Below the pieces are notes generated by a model, which was not told the origin of the DNA, searched no databases, and saw only the letters and a list, made by a program, of their open reading frames with translations. 64,000 nt of DNA. Origin: Bacteriovoracaceae bacterium (GTDB lineage: Bacteria > Bdellovibrionota > Bacteriovoracia > Bacteriovoracales > Bacteriovoracaceae). This document shows positions 30,098-42,000 of the stretch, piece by piece (position 1 is the first letter of the stretch; each line of letters starts with the position of its first letter). The stretch is from positions 1,664,001-1,728,000 of the forward strand of contig JBLWTJ010000001.1 of the NCBI GenBank assembly GCA_048270185.1, in the 5' to 3' direction. Both the position numbers and the translations under genes were made by a program.

Positions 30098-30877
30098 TTA
30101 GTTTTGACGTTTTTGAATATAATTAAAGGCCGTATGAAGTTTGAGAATAAATTCTGACTTCACAATTTCAGGAGTCATCTTCATGGCCCAACGATAGTGA
30201 ACACCACTTTCCTTTGTCGAACGGAGTTTACTTTCAAAAATAGGAAAGTCTTTAGCAAGCTGAGCTGATAAGACTGCATACCACTTACCAAAGTCCTCGC
30301 GACTTTTTCCAAGTAGAACATCCATGACATCTAAAGCGTCTTCAACAGCTATGCGCTTAATTGTATAAATATTCAAGCCTTGTAACTTTTCTTGTGTCAG
30401 TTCTTTATTGAGATACTTATCGAAGAATTTGATTGTGAAATCAACTGCAGGTTTTGAAAGTGACTGATTGTAGTTTTCAAGTCTTTGGTAGTACGGAGAA
30501 AGAACAAGTGAGCGATATACCCCTTCTCTTGTTCCTCCTTGCTCAAGCGTTGAGTACCACTTTGTTAATTCATCACGATTAGCATCCAGCTCTCGTGTTG
30601 CTTTAATCAATTCATTTATAAAAGAAAGATTGTATTTAGACATCTGCTCTTTTGTAAAAGGCGACTTGTATTCTTTCTTATTGTAAACACTAAGATCTTT
30701 AGCATCTTTTTTTACAAGTGGTATTTCAGGTAATTCAACCTCATCTCTTTCACCCCAAATCTTATTGGCCAGTGAGACAGAAATATTCTTTTCAACAAAT
30801 GGTCTTAGATTTTGCAAAAGTGTGGTTTGTGCAAAAATTGAATTTGAAAGAAGTAAAACGATTAATATTTTCTTCAC
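30098..30877 (-). CDS. Exported hypothetical protein
   Basis: GTG start after GGAG gives a signal peptide. Confidence 0.65.
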   Translation of the reverse strand: MKKILIVLLLSNSIFAQTTLLQNLRPFVEKNISVSLANKIWGERDEVELPEIPLVKKDAKDLSVYNKKEYKSPFTKEQMSKYNLSFINELIKATRELDANRDELTKWYSTLEQGGTREGVYRSLVLSPYYQRLENYNQSLSKPAVDFTIKFFDKYLNKELTQEKLQGLNIYTIKRIAVEDALDVMDVLLGKSREDFGKWYAVLSAQLAKDFPIFESKLRSTKESGVHYRWAMKMTPEIVKSEFILKLHTAFNYIQKRQN

Positions 30878-31129
30878 TTTTAACTCCATAAAATATGCTG
30901 ATCTTGGCCACAATAAGAATCACTTAGCGGGCTAAAGATAACAGGTATTTAGCGTAATAAGTTTCATTATAAACCGGCAATGTATTTTTAGGAAGTTAGC
31001 AAAAATTAGCCAATAAAATAAGTCGGTTTTGTGTCCTAAAGATAGGCAACAACTACCTCTAAAGCACCGTTATTAGGAGCTTCTGTGAAAACTGTAAAGA
31101 TTGTTTAAGAATCATTCGATAATAATGAT

Positions 31130-34100
31130 ATGAAAACGTTAAAAGGCAAACCGACATTCCACATTTTATTAATCCTACTAGTCCTGGCCACTTCTTGTGT
31201 TCCTGATAGCTTAACAAAGTTTAAGGAAGATACGGCAGCAGGTGACACAGTTGAAACTGATGATGGAAGTTCAACAGATGATTCAACGGAAGATACAGGA
31301 ACAGGAGTCGTTGATGAATCTGGAAATGAAGTCGATCCAGCAACAATTGAATCACCAACAATCTTTCGCTATGACACAATTCAGCCATATGTTTTCGTTA
31401 CAGGCGATGCCGATCTAATTACAAAAGAAGATAGTGCAAATATTGTAGAACAAATTTTTATCGAAGGAATAATGGGAGACTATCTCATTAACCAACTTGT
31501 TGGTGCAGATGGGTCTACTGTTGAGGGAGCAGAGCTTTCATCTGCTTCACGTACAAACTTCCTTGATCCACTCGCCACTTCAGGTTTTAACTTTGGAACA
31601 GACTTAACAGTTACATATGCTTCGACCTTTGAGCTCGATAATGAAACTGGTACGATTGGAGTTCAAAGTTCAACTGTTGAACCACTTCGACCTTTTACAG
31701 TAGCACCATTTACATTTGACTTCTATAGTCCAGCTGATGATGCTAACGCTTCGATAAATGTGACTCTCACTCCAACAATTACTATCCAAGCTCCAATACC
31801 AGAAGAGCTTACAATGGAAACTGATACATCATTTAATTGTACCGGAGCTGATATTCCTACAACTGTTCCATCACCAGCTTCAATTGGTGATACTTACCGT
31901 ATTGCTACGACTTGTTTCTATAACTACGATGGAACGAATACAAATACCGTTGCTTACCCTTACTCTGGTTCAATTTATATTGGTTTCAAACTTGATACAA
32001 ATGCAGGATTCCTACTAAACTCAAGTACTGAATCATTCACAACAGACAGAGGGGCAACAGGTACAATTACGTATAAAGATAGTAATGGAAATATTTATGG
32101 TACATTAACTTCAGGTCGAGTATATCCAGGAGATGTAATTGATAATGCCTTTCCATTTTCAAATGCAGAAGCAACAATTACAAATCTAAAGTATTTCTTC
32201 CAACCAGATTCAAATATAAATCTGAAATTAGTTAATAACACTGCTGTTGCACCGGAGTCACATATTTCTTATGACAACAGCACAAAAATATCAATTACAC
32301 CAGATCTACCGTCTTCTCTAAGGCTAGTAAAAGATGTTGATAGTCCTCTTTTTGGATATATTATCGATATTTCAGGAGCCAGCGATCACACATATCAAGC
32401 GGCTAAAGAGTATACTGTTACCGTAGAAAATGATCTTACAGAGCGAACTTTTAAATTTGAACTTGGAATTGTAAACCCTCCAAGTAATCTCTCTTATTCT
32501 CAAATGGCCGCTTTTAGAGTGAAGAACCTTATTCAGGCAACATCAGACTTTGTTGTAGGACAAAAAGTCTCTTCAGCACCTCTACCTCCATTAAGCTCTG
32601 GAGCAACAGGTATCATTAAAAGAATTCTTGATATCGATGGAAATGAAAAGTATCTAATTGTCCAAGTTATCGATGGTGAATTCGTCAAAGATTCTTCACT
32701 TGATAATTATAAGTCTTTCATTGATGAGGAAGCAGTCATACTTGATGATCCGAAAAGTCTTACTCACGTTATGCAAATAAACTCGACAGCAGACTTTAAC
32801 CCTACTTATATCGCCGAAAGCCCATCTCTATGTATGAACTTTGGTGGTTCACCAACAGAATATGCAAGAGCAGTTGTTACGGCCAACCCAACAGAAAATT
32901 CTACTAATCCGGCAGACCTTGACGGAACATTAAGCAAGTACCTATTTCTAAATCAAATTAGAGATCTTAATGATCCAAATTCAATGCATAACTTCAGGTC
33001 AAATATTACAACAGTTGAAGATTGTGATACAGCGGCAACCTACACAATGGAAGAGCTCTGGGCGCCTGTTATGCAAGCGACATTTTCAAATACATCAAAT
33101 CTTGTAAGTGGAATGGATTTATTAACAAATTCAGATCGAGCTAACCTTGTTGTTTCTGAAATTACAGGTACCACAGCACAACTTCAAAGTACAGATGGTA
33201 AAAGAATTACACTTGCATCAGGTGAACAATTCTCATACGTAAGACCATATACTACAGCTGTAGGTAGTACTATCACTCGATTTGATACTCTTGTAACATT
33301 TGAACTACAAAGAGGTGTTGAATCAAGTATTATTCCGACTCTTCCAAGAGGTGAGAGTATTACATATACGGTTTCTCCAGATCTACCACCAGGACTAAGT
33401 CTTGATGAAAGTACTGGTTTCATTTCAGGTTCTCCTGAAGTAGCAGCCGCTTCAAAGGAATATATTGTAACTGCTACAAATATTCTAGGTACTGCTTCTA
33501 CTGCATTTAACTTAATTATTGAGGACTATTTTGAAGTTGAAATTGATATTGCAAGTACTCCTAAATTTTATAGTCACAAAGATGGTGAATCCAACTTCTT
33601 TAATAAGTGTCGAATTAAAAAGCGTGATATTGCAAGTAATCCAAAATCAACCACGGCTGAAGTTGAAGATGTTGTAGATATCGATTGTTTTGTCGATGTA
33701 GGAGAAAATGATCTATACGGAAGTGATATAAACTTTAACGTAAAAGCTGGTCCAGGTATCTGTCATTCGGTTGAATACAAGCCATACTCATTCTTCAAGA
33801 GAAGACCTAACAAAACAACTGGTTCAAACTCAGGGATTGATTATGATGCATCAGCTCGTTATATTGTTCAAGTTGTAACGGGAGCGTCATCAGATTGTGT
33901 AGCAGCAACTGATACATCAGGTATCACAGATGACCTTGGAAATGTGACAGGAGTTTTAGGTTATACAGGAGATGGTATGTACATCAATAGTACCCTATTT
34001 GAAGGTGGTCTAGATGATTTATGTACAGGGAAGTATAACGATATCAACTGTGACAATGGCTCATTCGCGTATGCAACGATTAGCTATGCATATACACCAG

Positions 34101-34990
34101 AAGAAGTTGATCCAGATACAGGAACTGTAACAACTCCATCAAGCTGTGAAACGTCAGTCGAAACATTTACTCATAATTGTGAAGGAGATCCAAGAGCTTG
34201 TCTTGACGGACCTCTTGTATCACAAGTTGGTAGAGCTGCCGTTGACGGAGGAATGGTTGGAGTTATAACAAACTCTTTTTCGGGACTTGATACGACATAT
34301 ACACCGGATCGACCAATTGATAAGAGTGGTGCTTCAAACGTTTTTATTGCAAACTATACAAATAGTATTTCATGTGAAGATCCTACAAGAGTTGACTATT
34401 ACTCGGATGGAGTTAAGGCCCATGCGGCAAGAGCAAATATGTTCTTCTCTCCACAGAATATTGTTGACCCGTTAATTGGAGCTAATCCATTCTATACATT
34501 CAACTGTCTAGATCAAGCAAATGACCTACAAGCGAGAATTAATATTCATGTTAGAGATTGGGATTCTAAATTTGATCTAGCTAATATTGACAAAACAAGC
34601 CAGGCAACAGATTGGGGAATGGATAATGATAGTCTTGATGTCTTTGGTGAGTCATTTAATAAGTATAGTGACTGGGATGACTTAAATGAAGGATCTCAGT
34701 ATAGTGCCTGTGGTCCATCGACGGCCCCTACAATGGCAAATACTTATACTGCATTCCCAATTACAGCATCAGGCGATGCTAATAGTCTCTCCGTCGATAT
34801 TGCAGGTGGTGCTCCTTATGACTATGTTTATCCAGGTATGGACATTCAAATCGCTGGTGTAAACTATCAAGTAAAGGATGTTGGTGTTGATCAAATCTCA
34901 CTAACACTACCTCTTGAAACGACTGTTTCAGGAGCCGCTATTCAAGGTATACAGAGAATTCGATTCCCGGCATACCTATACGACTACTAA
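31130..34990 (+). CDS. Large surface lipoprotein with putative Ig (He_PIG-like) domains
   Basis: Lipobox ATSC; PDLPPGLSLDESTGFISGSP; Thr/Ser/Asp-rich; Cys-rich C-terminus. Confidence 0.75.
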   Translation: MKTLKGKPTFHILLILLVLATSCVPDSLTKFKEDTAAGDTVETDDGSSTDDSTEDTGTGVVDESGNEVDPATIESPTIFRYDTIQPYVFVTGDADLITKEDSANIVEQIFIEGIMGDYLINQLVGADGSTVEGAELSSASRTNFLDPLATSGFNFGTDLTVTYASTFELDNETGTIGVQSSTVEPLRPFTVAPFTFDFYSPADDANASINVTLTPTITIQAPIPEELTMETDTSFNCTGADIPTTVPSPASIGDTYRIATTCFYNYDGTNTNTVAYPYSGSIYIGFKLDTNAGFLLNSSTESFTTDRGATGTITYKDSNGNIYGTLTSGRVYPGDVIDNAFPFSNAEATITNLKYFFQPDSNINLKLVNNTAVAPESHISYDNSTKISITPDLPSSLRLVKDVDSPLFGYIIDISGASDHTYQAAKEYTVTVENDLTERTFKFELGIVNPPSNLSYSQMAAFRVKNLIQATSDFVVGQKVSSAPLPPLSSGATGIIKRILDIDGNEKYLIVQVIDGEFVKDSSLDNYKSFIDEEAVILDDPKSLTHVMQINSTADFNPTYIAESPSLCMNFGGSPTEYARAVVTANPTENSTNPADLDGTLSKYLFLNQIRDLNDPNSMHNFRSNITTVEDCDTAATYTMEELWAPVMQATFSNTSNLVSGMDLLTNSDRANLVVSEITGTTAQLQSTDGKRITLASGEQFSYVRPYTTAVGSTITRFDTLVTFELQRGVESSIIPTLPRGESITYTVSPDLPPGLSLDESTGFISGSPEVAAASKEYIVTATNILGTASTAFNLIIEDYFEVEIDIASTPKFYSHKDGESNFFNKCRIKKRDIASNPKSTTAEVEDVVDIDCFVDVGENDLYGSDINFNVKAGPGICHSVEYKPYSFFKRRPNKTTGSNSGIDYDASARYIVQVVTGASSDCVAATDTSGITDDLGNVTGVLGYTGDGMYINSTLFEGGLDDLCTGKYNDINCDNGSFAYATISYAYTPEEVDPDTGTVTTPSSCETSVETFTHNCEGDPRACLDGPLVSQVGRAAVDGGMVGVITNSFSGLDTTYTPDRPIDKSGASNVFIANYTNSISCEDPTRVDYYSDGVKAHAARANMFFSPQNIVDPLIGANPFYTFNCLDQANDLQARINIHVRDWDSKFDLANIDKTSQATDWGMDNDSLDVFGESFNKYSDWDDLNEGSQYSACGPSTAPTMANTYTAFPITASGDANSLSVDIAGGAPYDYVYPGMDIQIAGVNYQVKDVGVDQISLTLPLETTVSGAAIQGIQRIRFPAYLYDY

Positions 34991-36372
34991 AGAACGCGAC
35001 CAACTAAATCAAAATCTAATACATCGGTGATCTCAACTTTAACGAGGTCACCGATTTCTAGCTCAGCCTCATTTAAGTCATTAATAATCACCTTTCCATC
35101 AATATCAGGAGCCTGACCAAAGTGGCGTCCAACAATTAATAGATCAGTATCTTCGTGAGTTCCTTCAACTAAGACTTCAACTGTCTTACCAAGAAAATCT
35201 TGATTAAGCTCACGAGCAATTTCTTTTTGGACTTCATAAAGGCGATCAAATCTTTCATCAATCACTTCTTGTGAGTTCTTATCTTTTAGGCGGTATGCTG
35301 GTGTCCCTTCCTCATCTGAATAGCGAAAGATACCAAGGTGATTAAAGCGTGCTTTCTGCACACCATCAAGAAGCTTTTGAAAATCTTCTTCTGACTCACC
35401 TGGAAAACCAACAATAATTGAAGTTCTAAGAACAATACCAGGGATTCTTTCACGGAGCTTTACAATTCTCTCCATGATCTTCTCACCCGTAATCTTACGA
35501 TTCATTCTCTTTAGAACGTAGTCTGAGAAATGTTGAACAGGCATATCAAGGTACTTACATACCTTTGAAGACGTTGCCATCTTCTCAATTACTTCATCAG
35601 TTAATTCATCAGGGTAAAAGTAGAATAATCGAACCCAATCAACCCCATCAACAGTCTCAAGACCAGATAGAAGTTCAAACAAATTATTTTCATCACTTAG
35701 ATCGACTCCATAATCAGATAGATCTTGTGAAATAAGATTTAATTCTCTAACACCTGATTCAGCTAATTGATTTGCTTCTTGAACAAGTGATTCAACTGTT
35801 CTTGATCTTAGGCGACCACGAAGAGTTGGAATAATACAAAATGTACAATTTCTATTACACCCTTCAGAGATTTTTAACCATGCCGTATAAAATGGTGAAG
35901 TGTTTAAACGTGGATCGAATTCAGTATGAATAAAGCGTGGAACTTCAACGAAAGACTTCTTCTCTAATTTATTATTTTCAAGGGCGGTTAAAAGTGGAAC
36001 GATTTTATTATACTCACCTGTTCCGATAAACATATCAACTTCAGGTAAACTCTTTTCTAACTCATCAGAGTATCTTTGGGCCATACAACCAGAAACAACA
36101 AGGGCCTTACACTTACCCATTTCTTCATTCTTATAATCTGCAAGATCAAGAATCATTTCAATAGACTCTTGTTTTGCAGCTTCAATAAAGGAGCAAGTAT
36201 TAACAACGATAACTTCACTTTTTTCTGGTTCAGTTTCGACTTTAAATCCATTCAGTCCCATATGCCCAAGCATAACCTGTGCATCAACTAAGTTCTTTGA
36301 GCAACCTAGTGAAGTAAAGTAAACCGTGCGGTCATTAAATTTTTGGTTAACTTGAGATGAAATCTCAGACAT
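34987..36372 (-). CDS. rimO: Ribosomal protein S12 methylthiotransferase
   Basis: SLGCSKNLVD, NTCSFI, CNRNCTFC, APDIDG TRAM segment. Confidence 0.96.
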   Translation of the reverse strand: MSEISSQVNQKFNDRTVYFTSLGCSKNLVDAQVMLGHMGLNGFKVETEPEKSEVIVVNTCSFIEAAKQESIEMILDLADYKNEEMGKCKALVVSGCMAQRYSDELEKSLPEVDMFIGTGEYNKIVPLLTALENNKLEKKSFVEVPRFIHTEFDPRLNTSPFYTAWLKISEGCNRNCTFCIIPTLRGRLRSRTVESLVQEANQLAESGVRELNLISQDLSDYGVDLSDENNLFELLSGLETVDGVDWVRLFYFYPDELTDEVIEKMATSSKVCKYLDMPVQHFSDYVLKRMNRKITGEKIMERIVKLRERIPGIVLRTSIIVGFPGESEEDFQKLLDGVQKARFNHLGIFRYSDEEGTPAYRLKDKNSQEVIDERFDRLYEVQKEIARELNQDFLGKTVEVLVEGTHEDTDLLIVGRHFGQAPDIDGKVIINDLNEAELEIGDLVKVEITDVLDFDLVGRVL

Positions 36373-36516
36373 ATAATTCTCCATTGAATAGATAAAGTAG
36401 GTACTTATAGTGGTGAAGCTACGTTTTTTCAAGCGGTTATGTAATTTTTTTAGGACGACTTCTGCCTATTTTCAGATACTTGAAGTAACTTCTAATAGGG
36501 CCTATGCTAGTAATTA

Positions 36517-38475
36517 ATGAAATTAATTAACTTAAGTATATTTATTTTGATATTGGCCTCTTGTACGAATTTATCAAGGCCTCCAAAGACTCGGGAAGAA
36601 TCTGGTGCGCTTACAAATTTACTCGTCAAGATAACAAAGAATAATCGTGTTTCATGTGAGGAATATAGTAAGCATATCTACACGCAATTTCCTCTTACTC
36701 CATGGCTAAAGGCAAATTATTATAAGAATTGCGCTTCTTCTTATGAGGAATTATCAACGCAGTATCTTGATACTAAGAGCTATCCTTTTTGGGCAAGAGA
36801 AGAACTAATCGATGCGATTATTGAAAGAAAGTCTTATGACGATACATATGTAAGTGCTGTTCTTAATAAAGTTGATTACTTAAACACAAGCGGTGAAATT
36901 GAAAGACTTCTAAAGGAAGCTCTAAGTAATTTTACAAAAGGTAGCCCGGGTTATGAAAAGATCTACAATAAGTTAATCGACCAATCTCCACGCTATATCG
37001 AAGTCCCAAAAAAAGAAGATTTCTATAATGTTGGTAAATCATTTGAGCGCGATCGCCAATTCGACAAGGCTCGTATCTTCTATCGTAAGATTATCAATGA
37101 TAAGGAAACGACCAAGGAAGATAAGGTTAAGGCCTGGTATCGACTTGCCTATGCATATAAGAGAGAACGCAAGGGTGATAGCTACCGCGATAATATTAGA
37201 GGTCTTGTCCTCTATCTACAAAAGAATCGTGATACACAGGAATTGAAAGAAGCTCATGCTGAACACACAATTACGCTTGCAAGAATCTACTGGACAGAAG
37301 ATAAGCTCCAAAGGGCAGTAAGAGTTCTTCGAAACTTACTACTGTATAAAGAAGTTCCAAATGAATTTATTGTCACTACATATTATACAATTGGTGGAAT
37401 CTTTGAAGACCTAAGAAAGTATGATCGCTCTATCAAGTTCTATAAGAAGGCCTTTGCTGCTATCGAAGGAGAGCATACACACCTAGAGAGTATCGTGTGG
37501 AATGTTGCTTGGACAAATTATAAAGCCGGCAATTACGAAGAGATGATTGATTGGTTTGATCGTTATCACACGCAAGCAAAAGAGACGAATTATCGTTTTC
37601 TTTATTGGAAATTTGTTGGCTTAAAAAAGCTTAACCGTTTTAATGATGCTCAGAAGCTACTTCTTAAAATACAAGAAGAAGATCAATTTGGTTACTACGG
37701 CCAGATTGCACACATGAATCACACCAAACTACAAAATATTGATTATCGAAAGCGTTATGATATCTCAATCGATGAACTTGCTTGGTCTGTCTATATTGGC
37801 AATACAGATCTTTCAAAGAAGATTATCGATAGTGAAGATAAAGTTGGATACAATGACCTCTATGCGGCCAAGTACTTCAATATTATGATTTTTAAATTCT
37901 TTAGAGAGAATGAGGAAAAGCAAAAAGAAATTCTGGCAAAGGACCCCCAGTTTGCATTCCCTCTAGCATTCAAGAATGAGTTTATTGAGAATAATCGTTC
38001 TAAAACTGTTACGACTCCACTGCTGATGAGTATTGCCAGACAAGAGTCTGCCTTTAATCAATATGCAAGATCTCCTGCTGATGCTTTTGGACTTCTACAG
38101 CTTATTCCAGAGCAAGGGAATAGATTATCAAAGAGATATAAGGTTCCCTTTGAAGGATACGAAGACCTTTATAATCCAAAGATTAATATTACTTTCTCAA
38201 GCCTACTTTTAAATGAGCTTATGATGAGAAGAAATAACAACTTCATCGATTTTGTTGCCAGTTACAATGCTGGAGGAACACCAGTAAAGAGATGGAGAAG
38301 TCGTATTAATCTTCCCGATCTTGAGTATATTGAAGAGATTCCATATAAGGAAACGAGAAAGTACGTAAAACTTGTCACAAGAAATTACCTAATTTACTCA
38401 AGACTTCTAAGTGATAAGCCACTTACACTAAAAGATAACTTTTTTAGAGGTGGATTTATTGATATGAAACATTAG
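36517..38475 (+). CDS. slt: Soluble lytic transglycosylase lipoprotein with TPR repeats
   Basis: Lipobox LASC; IARQES, GLLQL, ASYNAG, ETRKYV. Confidence 0.88.
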   Translation: MKLINLSIFILILASCTNLSRPPKTREESGALTNLLVKITKNNRVSCEEYSKHIYTQFPLTPWLKANYYKNCASSYEELSTQYLDTKSYPFWAREELIDAIIERKSYDDTYVSAVLNKVDYLNTSGEIERLLKEALSNFTKGSPGYEKIYNKLIDQSPRYIEVPKKEDFYNVGKSFERDRQFDKARIFYRKIINDKETTKEDKVKAWYRLAYAYKRERKGDSYRDNIRGLVLYLQKNRDTQELKEAHAEHTITLARIYWTEDKLQRAVRVLRNLLLYKEVPNEFIVTTYYTIGGIFEDLRKYDRSIKFYKKAFAAIEGEHTHLESIVWNVAWTNYKAGNYEEMIDWFDRYHTQAKETNYRFLYWKFVGLKKLNRFNDAQKLLLKIQEEDQFGYYGQIAHMNHTKLQNIDYRKRYDISIDELAWSVYIGNTDLSKKIIDSEDKVGYNDLYAAKYFNIMIFKFFRENEEKQKEILAKDPQFAFPLAFKNEFIENNRSKTVTTPLLMSIARQESAFNQYARSPADAFGLLQLIPEQGNRLSKRYKVPFEGYEDLYNPKINITFSSLLLNELMMRRNNNFIDFVASYNAGGTPVKRWRSRINLPDLEYIEEIPYKETRKYVKLVTRNYLIYSRLLSDKPLTLKDNFFRGGFIDMKH

Positions 38476-39052
38476 CACCTTTAGGCACTTCTAAGATGAA
38501 GTGCTTCTTAGGGAAGCTTTTTACCGACTTAATATCAGATAACTCCAGATTAACCACTTTACCATCGGCATAGTTAATTTGGATTTGTGTAATATTTGCG
38601 AATTCCTTAGTACCATTAAAACTTAATTTCGTTTCAATCACTCCAAGTTGTTTAATAGCATCTTCGCTATAGACAAGAACACTATATTCTTTAGAATCCT
38701 TAACTTTATAACTCTTATTTGTCTTAAGCCCATGCTTTAAAAGATCAAAGAAATTAGAGAGACCTTTATCACTCCCCTTGTGAATGATAATTTCGGCAGG
38801 GTCTTCAGGCATGAATCCATCCCTTTTAATCCATGTTGTCTTTTCATTTGTTACATAAACAAGAGCGTCTGATCCACCTTGTACAAGTCTAAGCTTACCA
38901 GGATACTCATAATCGAAAGTACCATTTGAAACCTTTGGCGTTCCTGTAAGCTGGTTCTTAACAACTTGCTTGTAATTTGTTGAAAAAGACCTTGGGATAA
39001 AACCCAAGGCCATATTTGAAATTAGAATTAAAAGAAGTGCTTTAGTTTTCAT
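38456..39052 (-). CDS. lolA: Outer-membrane lipoprotein carrier LolA-like protein
   Basis: Signal peptide, PGKLR motif, C-terminal F..PKGA. Confidence 0.75.
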   Translation of the reverse strand: MKTKALLLILISNMALGFIPRSFSTNYKQVVKNQLTGTPKVSNGTFDYEYPGKLRLVQGGSDALVYVTNEKTTWIKRDGFMPEDPAEIIIHKGSDKGLSNFFDLLKHGLKTNKSYKVKDSKEYSVLVYSEDAIKQLGVIETKLSFNGTKEFANITQIQINYADGKVVNLELSDIKSVKSFPKKHFILEVPKGANVSYQ

Positions 39053-42000
39053 TACTGTAATTGTACCGAAACTGCCTTTGAAACACCAGGCTCCTGCATT
39101 GTTACCCCATATAGTGTATCATTTAGCTCCATTGTTTTCTTATTGTGAGTAATAAGGATGAATTGTGATTCAGCACTCATTTCACGAAGAAGTTCATTAA
39201 AGCGACCTACGTTGGCATCATCAAGAGGGGCATCAACCTCATCCAGAAGACAGAATGGTGATGGCTTAACAAGGAAGATTGAGAAGATAAGAGAAACGGC
39301 CGTCATTGCCTTTTCACCACCTGACATTAGGTTAATATTCTGCATTTTCTTCCCTGGAGGTTTGGCAATAATATCAACACCACACTCTGGATCATCAATA
39401 TCACCAACGACTTCAAGACGAGCTTCTCCACCACCAAAGATGATTGGGAATACTTTTCTAAATCTTGTATCAACCTCTTCAAAAGCGACTTTAAATCTCT
39501 CACGAGATTTCTCATCAATATGCTCAATAGCGGCCTGTAGATCTTCAAGAGATTTACGTAACTCAACTTCTTGAACTTTTAGGAAGTCATAACGTAGCTT
39601 TTGTCTGTCATAATCTTCAATTGCTTGCCAGTTAATTTCACCAAGGCGACCAAATTCAGATTTATAATTTTTAAGACGATGCCCTTGATCCTTAAGGTCT
39701 TGTCCATACTTTCTAATAAATTCAAATGACTCTTTTTCAATCTCTTTAGGGCCATTTTCTGTTTCCATAAAGTACATTGTTGAGATGTCATTGAGTTTTT
39801 CAAAGTCATCTTGACCGTACTCAAGATAACGTCCAATAGACTCACGAAGATCAACACGATATTTTTCAAAAATATTACGAACGTTTTCTTCTTCTTCATT
39901 TAGACATCTTTCAAGACGTACTTCTTTTTCAGTGATTTCTTTATCTGTCTTATTGATATTCTTTGTAAGTTCCTTAACTTGATCTTCACGCTCTTGCATC
40001 GCAAGTAGAAGCTCAGAGAACTCATCTTTCATAAGACTTAAAACCTCATCCTTACTTGCAAGAATATCAGCTTTTTCATTATTGTCATTTTCTAGCGTTT
40101 CAATTTCAACCTGAACATTCTCTAGCTCTTCTTCAAGCTTTGTGATTAATTCAGTATTTGTTTCACGTCTAAGGTTTTGCTTCTCGATTTGCTTTTCGAT
40201 ATCTTCACTTTGTGAACGAAGAGAGTTTACACGTTGCTCGAAAGTCTTCGCTTCAACCTGCTTTGAAACATAAACTTCACGATCTGCTTCATAAACTTCA
40301 TTCATTTCATTATAGCTATCTTTAAAGTCTTGTACTCTTTCAGCAATCGTTGAGATCGCTTCCTCAACTTCTTGCTTATCCTTATTGAAAGACTCTTCCT
40401 TTTCAAGAATTGCAAGTCGAAGCTTTGATGTTTCATCTTTTCTATTTTTCAGAATATCAAGACGAGTATTTCCCGACTCCATTGAAGCTAACTTTGACTC
40501 AAGTGCAGAATTCTTAGCTGCGTAATCGGCACGAGATTCACTTAGATTTAGTCTTGCTTCTTCTAGCTCATTAATCTTTGCTCTGAGAAGTTCATTAGAA
40601 GCATTAACACTCTCCTCTAACTCAACTACTTTTTCATTAAGAGTTACGAGTTCAGTATCAAGTGATTCAATTGTATTATTTCTCTCAATTGCACTTTGAC
40701 CTTGCTCTTGACTACCCTTCACATGAAGAACAGTTGCATTTTGACGATTTCTAATTTGGATATTTCCACTTAGATCACAGATCCCACCAAATGAAATTGA
40801 ACTCTCAAGGCTTGTAACTTTATCAAGATCAATCTGATCAACGATAAATAGGCTTGATAGATATGGAGTTAATTTAGACTTATATTCTTCTGGAAGTTCG
40901 ATAATATCGCTAAGAGTTGTTAACTCACTACCAAGTTTAACCGATAATCTCTCGCGAGCTTCAGCTGAAATTACATCAGCAGTCTTATCTGCAAGAAGGA
41001 TCTCAAGTGCACTTTCATCATTTTCAGTTACCCAGTTTTTAAGAAGTGAAAGGTCACTTTCCGAAGTAACTAGAGACTCAAGGAACTCTCCCAATAGTGC
41101 TGTGACTGCATTAGTATATTTATCATCACATTTGATAATATTTCCAAGCACAGTGTACTTATCTGAGTCAACTTCACTTAGGAACTTAGAAACACCTTCT
41201 TTAGCTCCTTCAAGTGAAGCTTGAATTTCTTTTAGAGAAGCCAAGCGAGACTGTTTTGTGATTTGCTCTTTTGTAAGAGTTTTTAATTCACTTTCTAAAT
41301 CGCGATCTTTAATCGTCAATTCATTTACAGTCTCTTTTAGACTTACTTCTTTTTCAGTTAATTCATCCACTAAATTCTTAGCGGTCATAACTTCATCTCT
41401 TTCTTTTGCTAGCTCTGTTGAAACTCCTGAGTATTGTTTTTCAATAGCTTCAATTTCAGTAGCAAGATCTTGAAGAGTTGCAGCATATTCTTCAAGTTTA
41501 GAATTATTTTGGAAAGCTTGTTGTTCCATTTTAACAAGCTCTTCTTTCTTAATTGAGAACTCTTCTTCAAGCTCACTAATTTGTGATTGCTTGTCTTCAA
41601 GCTCAGTCTTCATTGATTCTAGTTTTTCACTAGCGGCCTCATAGTCGTAATCTTCTTTAGAAGAAGTGATTACGTCATTGATTTCAGTTTCGATTTCTTC
41701 TTTCTTAAGAAGTCTTTCTTCAATCTCTTGGGCAAGTTCTTCAATTTCTTTCTGTCTTTGTTCTAACTGCTCTTCTTTATCAGTTAGTGACTTACAAAGT
41801 GCATTCAGTCTTTCTTCTGCTGCTGCTAATTTATTAGAAACTTCATTTCTTTCTTTTTGTAGTTCATCGATACGAGCAGTCTTCTCTTCTCTTTCGAATC
41901 TTTCTTCTTCTAAAGAAATTTCAAGACTATCTTTTGTTGTACTCCACTGCTCTAGTTGCATCTTCTTTTCAGTAAGGTCAGAACCACCATCACGTAGCTC

